49,845 nt of DNA from Kiritimatiellales bacterium. Its GTDB lineage: Bacteria; Patescibacteriota; Gracilibacteria; Peribacterales; Peribacteraceae. The notes under the pieces are model-generated. The model had not been told where the DNA came from, ran no database searches, and saw nothing but the letters and a program-made list of their open reading frames with translations. Shown piece after piece: positions 8,625 through 17,684 of this stretch (position 1 is the stretch's first letter; each line of letters opens with the position of its first letter). Location of the stretch: NCBI GenBank assembly GCA_021734665.1, contig JAIPIN010000002.1, positions 1 through 49,845 on the forward strand, written 5' to 3'. Made by a program: the position numbers and the translations under genes.

Positions 8625-9053
8625 GATCTCTACCGAGCCACCAGCTTTCTCTATTGCTTCTTTGGCAGTCTTAGAGGCGGCATCCACAGTAAGTTCTAAC
8701 TTCTTTGTAACTTCACCTCTTCCAAGAATCTTTACAGGCCTCTTGGTTCGAAGAAGCTTTGCTTCACGCAAAGCGGTAACGTCATACTTTCCTGCGGTTA
8801 GAGTTTCCAGATCAGACAAGTTAACCACTTCACATTCCACTCTATTTGGATTTTTAAATCCGCCAAGTTTGGGCTGTCGCATTAGCAGAGGTGTTTGTCC
8901 TCCCTCAAAAGCAAACCTACGTGAAGCACCTGCGCGAGACCTTTGTCCTTTAGTACCTTTACCAGCAGTTGTTCCGTTACCAGAACCACTACCACGTCCT
9001 TTGCGCTTTTGCGCGCTCTTGGACCCCGGTGTTGGCTTAATAGTATGTAACAT
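8610..9053 (-). CDS. rplO: 50S ribosomal protein L15 (uL15)
   Basis: Homology starts at the internal Met (MLHTIKPTPGSKSAQKRKGRGSGSGNGTTAGKGTKGQ). The 18 upstream codons of the tracked ORF (to 9107) look spurious. Confidence 0.9.
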   Translation of the reverse strand: MLHTIKPTPGSKSAQKRKGRGSGSGNGTTAGKGTKGQRSRAGASRRFAFEGGQTPLLMRQPKLGGFKNPNRVECEVVNLSDLETLTAGKYDVTALREAKLLRTKRPVKILGRGEVTKKLELTVDAASKTAKEAIEKAGGSVEIVSRI

Positions 9054-9226
9054 TTCAAACTGAAGAGAAAAATCGAAGGAAACCTGCCATCCCTTAAAGG
9101 GAAGCAACGCAGGGCACTATAGGGCTATATTTCCTTGTTCTCAAGCGATTCTCAGAGATTTTCAAGAGAATTTTAAAACTCTAGGATAAATGCCAGAATC
9201 ACAAATTATATTGCACTACAAATAAC

Positions 9227-10408
9227 ATGCCACAAGCTGATACAATAGATCTAATGCGCATGCACCCCTTCATGCTGGCAGTAGTACTACTCTTGTCTGG
9301 GATTCCAGTACATACAGCTTCTGCAGCTCAATCCTATTCGGAAAGATTCCTAACGCGAGCAGGAGCTGTGGAACTTCTATTAAAAGCAAGCCGAGAGGTG
9401 ATTCCAGATTTAACAGAAAATGCCGAATTTTATCCTGATGTTGTAGCAGCACAACCTCATACTAAATACGTAATTTACGCCACAAAATTAAAGATGATAG
9501 ATCCAGAACCAGAACGAGGATTACTATTCCCCTATCGGTCCATATCTCGTGCTGAGTTTCTTAAGATGATGGCAATAGCATTTGGCCTGCCATCGCACAT
9601 ACCTCATTCCTTCCAAGACATAGAAGAAGAATCATGGTACGCACCTTTTGCAGGTATTGCCTCTTACTATGTACTATTCAACGATGCAACAAACTCTAAT
9701 AAGCTAATACCTTCTATGCGTGTTTCTCAAGGCGAAGCAGAAAGAGCTCTACAAAGATTTTTCTTGATAGAGCCTGATCGCATGCCTCGTAATTTCTCAT
9801 TTACAACAATAGAAGAAAAACCTGTTAGCCGAATTAAAGTTACTCCTTCCATTGTAAAAAATGCCATTCAAAAATTATTTAAAAAAGGAGAAGCCGCTCG
9901 CCCAGATACTACACGTCACGAAATCATTGCACTTTTAAATAAAGCCAGGACAGAAGCAAACCTTCCGGCTCTCACAGAGAATATACTGCTGCGTATATCC
10001 GCCCAAAGACATGCTAAAGATATGTTTCAAAGAGGATATTTTAGCCATACAACACCAGAAGGATTAGATTATGTAGACAGAATTCGTGCAGCAAACTATA
10101 TGGATGTAGATGAGTCTAAATGCGGATGCCAAACTGTATTCAACTTAAATCCTCTAGTAGAAATAAGTCGTGCAGCAACCACGCCAGATTCATTTACAAC
10201 TCAAACCGAAATATGTGGCTGCAAACCTAGATTTGCAGTAGGAGAAAACATTGCCAAAGGACAGCTTACACCCGCTCAAGTACACGAAGATTGGATGAAT
10301 TCACCAGGGCATAGAGCAAATATTCTAAATCCTCAATTCGAAGAAGTGGGTATTGGACTATTTGGAGATGTATGGGCACAGAACTTTGGACGAATGAAAA
10401 TTGAATAA
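9227..10408 (+). CDS. secreted protein with SLH-like repeats plus a C-terminal CAP/SCP (YkwD-like) domain
   Basis: Signal-like MHPFMLAVVLLLSGIPVHTASA. SLH-like FPYRSISRAEFLKMMAIAFG and FQDIEEESWYAPFAGI. CAP signature GENIAKGQ...WMNSPGHRANILNPQFEEVGIG. Confidence 0.7.
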   Translation: MPQADTIDLMRMHPFMLAVVLLLSGIPVHTASAAQSYSERFLTRAGAVELLLKASREVIPDLTENAEFYPDVVAAQPHTKYVIYATKLKMIDPEPERGLLFPYRSISRAEFLKMMAIAFGLPSHIPHSFQDIEEESWYAPFAGIASYYVLFNDATNSNKLIPSMRVSQGEAERALQRFFLIEPDRMPRNFSFTTIEEKPVSRIKVTPSIVKNAIQKLFKKGEAARPDTTRHEIIALLNKARTEANLPALTENILLRISAQRHAKDMFQRGYFSHTTPEGLDYVDRIRAANYMDVDESKCGCQTVFNLNPLVEISRAATTPDSFTTQTEICGCKPRFAVGENIAKGQLTPAQVHEDWMNSPGHRANILNPQFEEVGIGLFGDVWAQNFGRMKIE

Positions 10409-10525
10409 GTTGACTAGTTAGATTGTTAAGTTTATTAAGTTGATTATGTTGATTAAGTTCATTAGGTTGTTTTGTATTAAGCAAAGAACCTAATAAACGT
10501 AATAAACCTAAAAAACCTAACGAAC
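10409..10525. terminator. long imperfect hairpin between convergent genes, word-repeat family A
   Basis: The left arm has (g)ttgatta/gttaag words and the right arm has aacctaataaacgtaataaacctaaaaaacctaacgaacc. It shares 9-12-nt blocks with 1078-1180. Confidence 0.4.
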
Positions 10526-11035
10526 CTACAATGTAGCCAATGTCCTCCCAAACTCTTCCGCCGCATCCGGCCCATTTGCCGTAACAATTTTTCCATCAAC
10601 CGTAACACTATCTCCTGTGTATTGTGCTTCGTATTTCTCTAGTTCAGACTGTTGCTGACCATCACTGTCCCACACCGTGGCCTGTTTGCCGGATAGAACA
10701 CGTGCCTTTGCAAGTATGATTGGAGCAATGCAAATGGCACCCAAAGGCTTATTTAAACGTGCTGCTTCGTGTGCAATTCTAAGTGCTTCGCCATCATCAA
10801 AGAACTGCGAAGCCCCAGGACCACCTATAAATGCCAAACAATCGTATTCATCTACCTGCACATCCTTTAAAGCTTTCGCAGCTTCTTCGGACCCACCTAG
10901 TTTGCCTGCACATGAGCCTATTTCGGAGCTTCCTAAAATAACTTCGAACCCTGCGGCAATCAGAGCATCTCTTGTTCCATTTAATTCAATATCTTGGAAT
11001 CCTTCTTTAGCAATAATAAGGAGTGCTTTATTCAT
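10526..11035 (-). CDS. DJ-1/PfpI family protein
   Basis: 169 aa with YDCLAFIGGPG and the nucleophile-elbow-like LGAICIAPIILA, typical of the family. Confidence 0.85.
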   Translation of the reverse strand: MNKALLIIAKEGFQDIELNGTRDALIAAGFEVILGSSEIGSCAGKLGGSEEAAKALKDVQVDEYDCLAFIGGPGASQFFDDGEALRIAHEAARLNKPLGAICIAPIILAKARVLSGKQATVWDSDGQQQSELEKYEAQYTGDSVTVDGKIVTANGPDAAEEFGRTLATL

Positions 11036-11088
11036 AACTGATTAAGTATATCAAACACATAAGATCATTAGAAATGCATAAACAAACT

Positions 11089-11116
11089 CTACAACAATTT
11101 AACTAAATTGTTGTAG
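11089..11116 (-). terminator. perfect 12-bp stem-loop downstream of rpsE
   Basis: ctacaacaattt-aact-aaattgttgtag. On the minus strand it is followed by agtttgttt. Confidence 0.45.
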
Positions 11117-11149
11117 TATTTAAACACGCTCATTGATAAATCTAATTAA

Positions 11150-11194
11150 CTGCCAGCCGAAGCTACCGGCCCGCGTAGCCTTGGCGAAGACCAG
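11150..11194. repeat. GC-rich structured island (GCGAAG family, copy ii)
   Basis: ctgccagccgaagct is identical to 425-439. GCCGAAGCTAC-CGGCCCGC-GTAGCCTTGGC forms an 11-bp stem with one mismatch. It ends in GGCGAAGACCAG. Confidence 0.6.
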
Positions 11195-11225
11195 TCAATT
11201 GTTAACTGTCAAATGTTAACTGTTA

Positions 11226-11849
11226 TTAAAGCACATCCTCCTTTTTTACCTCTTTTATAGTAATCTGCTCACCCTCCAAAACTTCAGCATCCTGCTTAGC
11301 TTCGGATTGGGCTTTATCTAGATCAATGATCTTCTTCTCTGCATCACTTTTATCATCATCAGGTGTAGTACCTCTGAGCCTCTTAAGGGCCTCCATTACA
11401 GCCTGAGCATTAACAAGTTTGTTTGTTGTACCATATCTCTTAGATAGGACATCTTTTATTCCTGCATGCTCCAAAACAACACGAAGAGCACCTCCTGCAA
11501 TTATTCCTGTACCTTCTCTAGCTGGAAGTAATCGAATTCTAGCTGCCTTAAACTTTTGGTCTACCTCATGCGGGATAGTACCATTCACAATTGGGATTGT
11601 GATCATATTTCGCTTTGCATCAGCTGCAGCCTTTTGAACGGATGCCTGCACTTCTGAAGCCTTACCTGTACCCAAACCAACTTTTCCCTTTCTGTTTCCA
11701 ATAATTACTACAGTCCTAAAACGCAAACGACGTCCACCTTTTACCACGCGAGTAACGCGATCGACAGACAGTGTTGTCTCCTCAAACTCTTTCGGCTCTC
11801 TCGAGCGACGATCTTGTCTTTTGCGATCTGGGCGGGAAGTCTTTGGCAT
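11226..11849 (-). CDS. rpsE: 30S ribosomal protein S5 (uS5) with a charged C-terminal tail
   Basis: 207 aa with VDRVTRVVKGGRRLRFRTVVIIGNRKGKVGLGTGKA. Confidence 0.93.
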   Translation of the reverse strand: MPKTSRPDRKRQDRRSREPKEFEETTLSVDRVTRVVKGGRRLRFRTVVIIGNRKGKVGLGTGKASEVQASVQKAAADAKRNMITIPIVNGTIPHEVDQKFKAARIRLLPAREGTGIIAGGALRVVLEHAGIKDVLSKRYGTTNKLVNAQAVMEALKRLRGTTPDDDKSDAEKKIIDLDKAQSEAKQDAEVLEGEQITIKEVKKEDVL

Positions 11850-11920
11850 AGAGTGTTAAGTAGTGAAGTGTGAGAGTGGTGAAGTGATAAAGTTAAATGT
11901 CAAATGTTAACTGTTAACTG

Positions 11921-12265
11921 TTAAAATTGGAGTCCTCCTTCACGAGCTGCATCGGCAATCGCCTTTATACAACCATGATAAGAATAGGCATTACGGTCAA
12001 AAACAACAGTAGAAACTTTGGCATCTTTAGCTTTTTTTGCGATTAATTCACCAAGCTTTTTAGCGCCTTCCATATTTGGCTTTGCCTTTGCCTCTTTTGT
12101 ACTGGCAGAAACAACTGTTTTTCCTGTTGTGTCATCAATTAGCTGAACTGTAAATTGAGCATGAGAACGGAATACAGTCATACGCGGACACGCAGCTGTG
12201 CCGTTTATTTTTGCACGTATTCTTCTCTTGCGTGCTACCCGATTCTGTAACTTTTGCATAAACAT
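11921..12265 (-). CDS. rplR: 50S ribosomal protein L18 (uL18)
   Basis: 114 aa with RKRRIRAKINGTAACPRMTVFRSHAQFTVQLIDD and FDRNAYSYHGCIKAIADAAREGGLQF. Confidence 0.93.
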   Translation of the reverse strand: MFMQKLQNRVARKRRIRAKINGTAACPRMTVFRSHAQFTVQLIDDTTGKTVVSASTKEAKAKPNMEGAKKLGELIAKKAKDAKVSTVVFDRNAYSYHGCIKAIADAAREGGLQF

Positions 12266-12278
12266 AATTTAATTGGGA

Positions 12279-12833
12279 TTAATCACCAGATTTACCAGCA
12301 GCCTTACCTACTTTACGACGAACGTGCTCATCAACATAACGAACACCCTTGCCCTTATATGGCTCTGGCTTTCGGAAATCACGAATATCAGCGGCTACCT
12401 GACCAACTAATTGCTTATCTATACCGCGCACAATAAGTATGTTCTTGTTCTTTTCATCCTGTGCTACTTCTATCCCTTCTGGAATTGCATAATCAATTGG
12501 ATGAGAATGACCAAGATTCAAAGTGAGTTTTTTGCCTTGTACTTGCGCTTTATAACCTACTCCAATTATTTCAAGCTGTTTCTCGTATCCTTCGCTTACA
12601 CCTTGAATCATATTGGCAACCAACTGGCGTGTAAGACCATGGCGAGCACGAGATTGAGCTAGATCATTTTTGCGTTCTACCAAAACTAGATCTCCATCAA
12701 CTTTAACACTAACTTCTGGAAGATGAGTGTAACTCAACTCCCCTTTAGGTCCTTTTACATTTACAACTGCTCCTGTGACTTCGACGGTCACACCGGATGG
12801 AAGGGCCACTGCTTGTTTTCCAATTCGAGACAT
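12279..12833 (-). CDS. rplF: 50S ribosomal protein L6 (uL6)
   Basis: Homology starts at MSRIGKQAVALPSGVTVE. The start was moved from 12851 to 12833, which abuts the rpsH stop at 12836. Confidence 0.92.
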   Translation of the reverse strand: MSRIGKQAVALPSGVTVEVTGAVVNVKGPKGELSYTHLPEVSVKVDGDLVLVERKNDLAQSRARHGLTRQLVANMIQGVSEGYEKQLEIIGVGYKAQVQGKKLTLNLGHSHPIDYAIPEGIEVAQDEKNKNILIVRGIDKQLVGQVAADIRDFRKPEPYKGKGVRYVDEHVRRKVGKAAGKSGD

Positions 12834-12835
12834 AA

Positions 12836-13225
12836 TTATGCGATGGTACAAAGTACTTCTCCGCCAACCTTCTTCTCACGAGCTTGCTTATCTGTCATAA
12901 GACCTTGGCTGGTTGTTAAAATTGCTGTTCCATATCCGTTTAGAACTGGACGTAAATCCTGCATGCTTTTATATACACGTCGACCAGGCTTGCTAACTCG
13001 GCTGAGTTCTAGATTTGGCTTCTCTGGATTAAACGTAACTGTCATATACTTTTTAGGATCCTCTCCATATACAGATACATCTGCAATCCAATCGTTATCA
13101 CGTAATAGCTCACATAGCTGCTCCTTCATTCTAGACCAAGGCACATTACAGTCTCCTTTGCGTGCACTCTGAGCGTTACGCATTCTAGTTAGTAAATCGC
13201 CGATGGGGTCTGTTACGTAAGTCAT
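12836..13225 (-). CDS. rpsH: 30S ribosomal protein S8 (uS8)
   Basis: 129 aa with DPIGDLLTRMRNAQSARK and GGEVLCTIA at the C-terminus. Confidence 0.95.
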   Translation of the reverse strand: MTYVTDPIGDLLTRMRNAQSARKGDCNVPWSRMKEQLCELLRDNDWIADVSVYGEDPKKYMTVTFNPEKPNLELSRVSKPGRRVYKSMQDLRPVLNGYGTAILTTSQGLMTDKQAREKKVGGEVLCTIA

Positions 13226-13230
13226 AATAA

Positions 13231-13455
13231 TTACCAGGAAGATTTTGTTACACCCGGGATCTCTCCTTCAGAGGCGAGCTCACGGAAACAAATACGGCAA
13301 ACCCCGAAAAAGCGCATGAAGCCGTGGCGTCTGCCACATAGTCCACAACGATTGTAGATTCTTGTTGGGAACTTAGGCTTTCTGCCTGCAGCTTTGTCTC
13401 TCAGGTATGCCTGGAGTTTTGTTTTCTGCTTGTGCTTTAGAGCGGTTCTAGCCAT
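13231..13455 (-). CDS. rpsN: 30S ribosomal protein S14, zinc-binding type (uS14)
   Basis: 74 aa with [38 protein letters not shown]. Confidence 0.9.
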   Translation of the reverse strand: MARTALKHKQKTKLQAYLRDKAAGRKPKFPTRIYNRCGLCGRRHGFMRFFGVCRICFRELASEGEIPGVTKSSW

Positions 13456-13466
13456 ATAAGAAAGAT

Positions 13467-14132
13467 TTAAGAGGAAGAAGAGGAATCAGTTTCTGTAGAA
13501 GATTCAGAGGAATCAGAGGATTCTTTAAGATCAGCAATCGCCGCTTTTGCCTCCTCTGCACCCTTTGACTCTTTTATATCTTTTGAACCTTTTTTAAAAG
13601 GCATTCCCATCTGCTTAAACAGCGCACGCGCCTCGTCATCACTATGAGTAGTTGTTGTAATTTGAATCTGCAAACTAAAAATCTGCTTAGCTTCTGGGAG
13701 TGGCACTTCTGGGAAAATGGAGTGATCATGAATACCGATTGAGAAATTGCCTTTACCATCTAGATGTGCGTTAATTCCACGGAAGTCGCGTATGCGAGGC
13801 AAAGAGTAGTGCAACAATCTATCTAGGAATTCTTCCATCTTCTTTCCCCTAAGTGTCACCATTGCACCAACAATCATTCCCTCGCGTGTTTTAAAGTTAG
13901 AAATAGCCTTGCGAGTTTTTGTGAAGACTGACTTCTGACCTGTTATCTGCATCAGGCAATCTGCAACGTATTGTTGAGTCTCTTTGCTATCCATCTTAGA
14001 TTTATTGATACCTACATTCACAACAACCTTTTCGATCTTAGGGAGAGCATAATAATTGCTAATACTTAGCTCCTTCTTTAGGTGTTCTGCAATAGGACCA
14101 CGTAGCCGATCATGGAGAGATGTAAATGTCAT
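13467..14132 (-). CDS. rplE: 50S ribosomal protein L5 (uL5) with a Ser/Glu-rich tail
   Basis: 221 aa with [12 protein letters not shown] and [18 protein letters not shown]. The tail is ...[19 protein letters not shown]. Confidence 0.93.
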   Translation of the reverse strand: MTFTSLHDRLRGPIAEHLKKELSISNYYALPKIEKVVVNVGINKSKMDSKETQQYVADCLMQITGQKSVFTKTRKAISNFKTREGMIVGAMVTLRGKKMEEFLDRLLHYSLPRIRDFRGINAHLDGKGNFSIGIHDHSIFPEVPLPEAKQIFSLQIQITTTTHSDDEARALFKQMGMPFKKGSKDIKESKGAEEAKAAIADLKESSDSSESSTETDSSSSS

Positions 14133-14713
14133 GATCCACGTTGGTGAGAAATGGTATCAGGAGTTTTGCCTTGATCAGGCACAGAATGATCTTCTTGCAT
14201 ATGAGAACCTTCTTTAAGATCTGCATCTTGCATGGCCTCTGCACCGAATCCAAGACCTTTCCAGAATGGCTTCTTGTTATCTGAAGATCCAACTTTCTCA
14301 TCTGTCTTCTTAGGCTTCTTGATATCCTTTGTCTCTTTCTTGTCCTCCGTAGCCTTGGCGGAGGAGGATGAATCCTTTGCCGAATCCTTCTTATCTACCT
14401 TAGCAGCAGTTACAACATCTCCACTTTTCTTAGCAATACGAGCCTTATTACCCTTCTCGTCAATCTTATAACCTACACGCGATCGCTTCTTTGTCTTTGC
14501 ATCAATTAGCATCACATTACTAATAGGCAATGATGCTTCGTAACGAATTATCTGACCCTGACGATTAGGCTGTTTTTTTAAGTGTTTGGTTCGCATATTA
14601 ACGTCGCTAATCACAATACGATTTGCGCTTTCTAACACTCTTAGAACCTTGCCAGTTTTTCCCTTATCCTTGCCGGAGATTACGACCACATGATCGCCTG
14701 CGCGCAGCTTCAT
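14129..14713 (-). CDS. rplX: 50S ribosomal protein L24 (uL24) with a C-terminal extension of about 90 aa
   Basis: 194 aa. The KOW motif is [27 protein letters not shown] Lys/Asp/Ser-rich tail follows from about aa 100. Confidence 0.9.
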   Translation of the reverse strand: MKLRAGDHVVVISGKDKGKTGKVLRVLESANRIVISDVNMRTKHLKKQPNRQGQIIRYEASLPISNVMLIDAKTKKRSRVGYKIDEKGNKARIAKKSGDVVTAAKVDKKDSAKDSSSSAKATEDKKETKDIKKPKKTDEKVGSSDNKKPFWKGLGFGAEAMQDADLKEGSHMQEDHSVPDQGKTPDTISHQRGS

Positions 14714-15078
14714 AATACATCGGGGGCAAGGGAAATAATCTTCTGGAATCCTTTTGCTCGTAATTCACGAGCAACAGGACCAAACACGCGTGTGCCCTTA
14801 GGCATGCGATCTCCTCCAATAATGATACAAGCATTGTCATCAAAACGAATGCCACTACCGTCTTTACGACGAATTAGTTTCTTAGTTCTAACTACCACCG
14901 CCTTCTCCACTGCCTTCCTCTTTACCACACCACGAGGAGCTGCAGTTTTTACTGCCACTACAATCACATCTCCTACACTGGCATAACGTCGCCTAGAACC
15001 TCCAAGTACCTTGACGCACATGACGCTTTTGGCACCTGTATTATCTGCAACATTGAGGGTGGATTGAACTTGAATCAT
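14710..15078 (-). CDS. rplN: 50S ribosomal protein L14 (uL14)
   Basis: 122 aa starting [28 protein letters not shown]. Confidence 0.95.
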   Translation of the reverse strand: MIQVQSTLNVADNTGAKSVMCVKVLGGSRRRYASVGDVIVVAVKTAAPRGVVKRKAVEKAVVVRTKKLIRRKDGSGIRFDDNACIIIGGDRMPKGTRVFGPVARELRAKGFQKIISLAPDVL

Positions 15079-15458
15079 GATTCAGTAGTTGATGGTGTAG
15101 ATTCTTCTTTTGTTTCCTTTATCTCCTTTCCCTCCTTAATTGAAGCTTCAACCTTTTCTTCTCTATTACCATGAACTGCTTCATCAACTCCCTCTTCTTC
15201 CTTCATATCGCTTACTCGTGCCACACGCTCCAACACCTCAGTAACCTTGAAACACTTGTTTTTGCTAAGCGGCTTACATTCAGAAATTAAAACAGTATCA
15301 CCAACCTGTAGATCTTCTATCCCTTTGCTATCTGCCATGAATTTGCTGCTTCGGCGGAATCTCTTCTTGTAAATTGGATGGAAGACTGCTCGGTGTTCTA
15401 CCACAGTAACAGTGTCTGTCATCTTGGCCGATACAATTGTGCCTTTTTTAGTTCTCAT
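15075..15458 (-). CDS. rpsQ: 30S ribosomal protein S17 (uS17) with a Glu/Lys tail
   Basis: 127 aa with [36 protein letters not shown] and [18 protein letters not shown]. Confidence 0.92.
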   Translation of the reverse strand: MRTKKGTIVSAKMTDTVTVVEHRAVFHPIYKKRFRRSSKFMADSKGIEDLQVGDTVLISECKPLSKNKCFKVTEVLERVARVSDMKEEEGVDEAVHGNREEKVEASIKEGKEIKETKEESTPSTTES

Positions 15459-15688
15459 GATTGTTCTGGGGAAGAAGATGCTTGCATCTCGTACGCCTTC
15501 TCTGTTAATACCGTCTTCATGCGTGAAAGCATTTTTTTCTCACGACGATATTTACCTGTATCTTTCTCTTTATTCATTTTGATACCCAAACGCATCTTGG
15601 CTACGAGTGCAGATTGATCATATATCTCACGTAACAAGTCTTTGGCTTGCATTTTTTTAAGCTCGGCAATGGAGAGTAATACGGCCAT
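15455..15688 (-). CDS. rpmC: 50S ribosomal protein L29 (uL29)
   Basis: 77 aa, helical, with ELKKMQAKDLLREIYDQSALVAKMRL. It lies between rplP and rpsQ. Confidence 0.9.
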   Translation of the reverse strand: MAVLLSIAELKKMQAKDLLREIYDQSALVAKMRLGIKMNKEKDTGKYRREKKMLSRMKTVLTEKAYEMQASSSPEQS

Positions 15689-16107
15689 TATCTTGTAATA
15701 CGGGTAACAATCTTGGTCTTCATAGGAATCTTGTGTCCAGCGAGACGCAATGCCTCCCTTGCTGCAGTTTCTGTAATACCATCCATTTCGAATAGGATAG
15801 TTCCTGCTTTAACCGCGGCTGCGTGATATTCGGGTGTGCCTTTTCCTGATCCCATAGGCACTTCTGATGCTTTTTTAGTAACTGGAGTATGTGGAAATAC
15901 ACGTACCCAAATTTTCCCTCCGCGCTGTACAGAGTGTGTCATCGCGCGCCTTGCCGCCTCAAGCTGTCTTGCAGTCACCTCTCCATTAGACATTACTTTG
16001 AGTCCAACAGATCCAAATGCCAACATATGCCCACGCTGTGCAACTCCGCTGAATGACCCGCGACGTCTATGTTGCTTGCGATGTTTTTCTTTTTTGGGCT
16101 CAAGCAT
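15688..16107 (-). CDS. rplP: 50S ribosomal protein L16 (uL16)
   Basis: Homology starts at the internal MLEPKKEKHRKQHRRRG. The start was moved from 16197 to 16107, giving an 8-nt overlap with rpsC. MGSGKGTPEYHAAAVKAGTILFEM is present. Confidence 0.92.
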   Translation of the reverse strand: MLEPKKEKHRKQHRRRGSFSGVAQRGHMLAFGSVGLKVMSNGEVTARQLEAARRAMTHSVQRGGKIWVRVFPHTPVTKKASEVPMGSGKGTPEYHAAAVKAGTILFEMDGITETAAREALRLAGHKIPMKTKIVTRITR

Positions 16108-16780
16108 CTTTCTGCTGGGAATCAGATAAAACAGATGTTTGAATATGCTCAACCTTGCGGAAGACCATTCCTTTATAGACCCAAACCTGCACACCAATCG
16201 TTCCGTAAGTCGTCAAAGCACTACGCCTTGCGAATTGAACATTGGCACGCAAAGTCTGCAAAGGAATGTTCCCCTCTTTAAACAATTCTGATCGAGCAAT
16301 CTCAGCACCATTCAAACGGCCTGATACACGAATTTTAATTCCAACCGCCCCTGCCTGAATAGCTTTCTCTATAGCCATTTTTGCTGCTCTTCTGTAAGGC
16401 ATACGACGCTGGATCTGTCCTTGAACAGTTTCGGCAACCACACAAGCATCCATATCTGGACTGCGAATCTCTTGGATATTTACTTCAAAGGAACCTCCGA
16501 ATTTCTTATCTAGATCTTTCCTAAGTTCCTCTATAGCTGCACCCTGCTTTCCAATAATCACACCTGGCTTGCTAGTATGAATAGCTAAAGAAATTTTCTT
16601 ATTACGATCAATGTGAATTTCGCTGATACCAGCATCTTTGAATCTTTCCGCAACGTACCTCCTTATTTTAGTATCTTGTAAAAATAGTTCTTTATATTTC
16701 TTCCCCGATGCAAACCAAGTACTTGGCCAGGAATGTGTGATTCCAAGCCTTATGCCGTTGGCGTTAACTTTTTGACCCAT
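16100..16780 (-). CDS. rpsC: 30S ribosomal protein S3 (uS3)
   Basis: 226 aa starting MGQKVNANGIRLGITHSWPSTWFA. The KH domain contains GVIIGKQGAAIEELRKDL. Confidence 0.95.
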   Translation of the reverse strand: MGQKVNANGIRLGITHSWPSTWFASGKKYKELFLQDTKIRRYVAERFKDAGISEIHIDRNKKISLAIHTSKPGVIIGKQGAAIEELRKDLDKKFGGSFEVNIQEIRSPDMDACVVAETVQGQIQRRMPYRRAAKMAIEKAIQAGAVGIKIRVSGRLNGAEIARSELFKEGNIPLQTLRANVQFARRSALTTYGTIGVQVWVYKGMVFRKVEHIQTSVLSDSQQKDA

Positions 16781-17310
16781 TATTTTTTGGGGGAAGATTT
16801 TTTGTCACTTCGACTGCGCTCAGTGCGGGCAGCAGAAACCTTGGAAGTGGAGGTGGTTTTCTTCTGAGAGGAAGAACCTTTCTCCTGATCCTGAGACTTT
16901 TTAATAGTACTATCCTTTTTTACATCCTTTTTTGGCTTCTGTGAAGCCGCTTTCTCCTTTTTTTCTTCTTTTTTCTGTTCCACATTTGAAACACCAAGTG
17001 TTAATTCGATGTGACTTAGGAATTTGCGCATAGGGCGCACACGACCACGAGCCATTGGTACTCCTCTGTGATACGCCTGTCCTTGATTAACAATCAAAGA
17101 TTTAATCACAAGATCCTTAGGATCTTGATTGTCGTTGTTCTGTGCATTAGCCATCGCAGACTTAAGCAGTTCCTCTAGCAAACGTGCTGCCTTTTTATTA
17201 GTTCTTTCGAGTGACTCAATAGCCTCAGACACCGTCATACCACGGATCATCTTGGCTATTAGATTAGCCTTCTTGGGTGCGATGCGAACTGAACGTAGTG
17301 AAGCTTTCAT
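16780..17310 (-). CDS. rplV: 50S ribosomal protein L22 (uL22) with a Lys/Ser-rich tail
   Basis: 176 aa with RSVRIAPKKANLIAKMIRGMTVSEAIESL and GRVRPMRKFLSHIELTL, followed by a low-complexity tail of about 65 aa. Confidence 0.92.
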   Translation of the reverse strand: MKASLRSVRIAPKKANLIAKMIRGMTVSEAIESLERTNKKAARLLEELLKSAMANAQNNDNQDPKDLVIKSLIVNQGQAYHRGVPMARGRVRPMRKFLSHIELTLGVSNVEQKKEEKKEKAASQKPKKDVKKDSTIKKSQDQEKGSSSQKKTTSTSKVSAARTERSRSDKKSSPKK

Positions 17311-17332
17311 GATAGATTAGAATAAAGAGTCA

Positions 17333-17626
17333 TTATTTAGCACCTTTAGATTGTGCCTCTGCCATTTTTCCTCCGTGAGTCTTAAATTTAGTTGTCCAAG
17401 AAAATTCACCCAGCTTGTGCCCAACCATCTGCTCTGTGATATATACCGGCGTAAATTCTTTTCCGTTGTGCACTGCAAATGTAAATCCTACGAATTCTGG
17501 TGGAATATCGCAGTCACGTGCCCACGTCTTTATAATTTTCTTCTCTTTACCACCTTCAATCATCTTCATAACCTTCTTGAGAAGCTTCTCATCAATGTGG
17601 GGGCCTTTGCTTAAAGATCTGGACAT
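17333..17626 (-). CDS. rpsS: 30S ribosomal protein S19 (uS19)
   Basis: 97 aa with [19 protein letters not shown] and [32 protein letters not shown]. Confidence 0.95.
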   Translation of the reverse strand: MSRSLSKGPHIDEKLLKKVMKMIEGGKEKKIIKTWARDCDIPPEFVGFTFAVHNGKEFTPVYITEQMVGHKLGEFSWTTKFKTHGGKMAEAQSKGAK

Positions 17627-17654
17627 AATGCTATATAAAGGAAGAAACGAAGGA

Positions 17655-17684
17655 ATTGATAATTGATAATTGATAATTGATAAT
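17655..17684. repeat. 7-nt tandem repeat (ATTGATA) x4.3 inside the 146-nt rplB-rpsS spacer
   Basis: Read directly as attgataattgataattgataattgataat. Stuttered attgtcaattgtcc...attgtcaattg words follow. Confidence 0.8.

Noticed and set aside
11036-11225. Search for a hidden rpmD (L30) gene in the S5-L15 gap (also 9054-9226)
   Set aside because: No open frame of about 55-60 codons with L30-like sequence occurs on either strand. The space is filled by hairpins and the GC-rich element.
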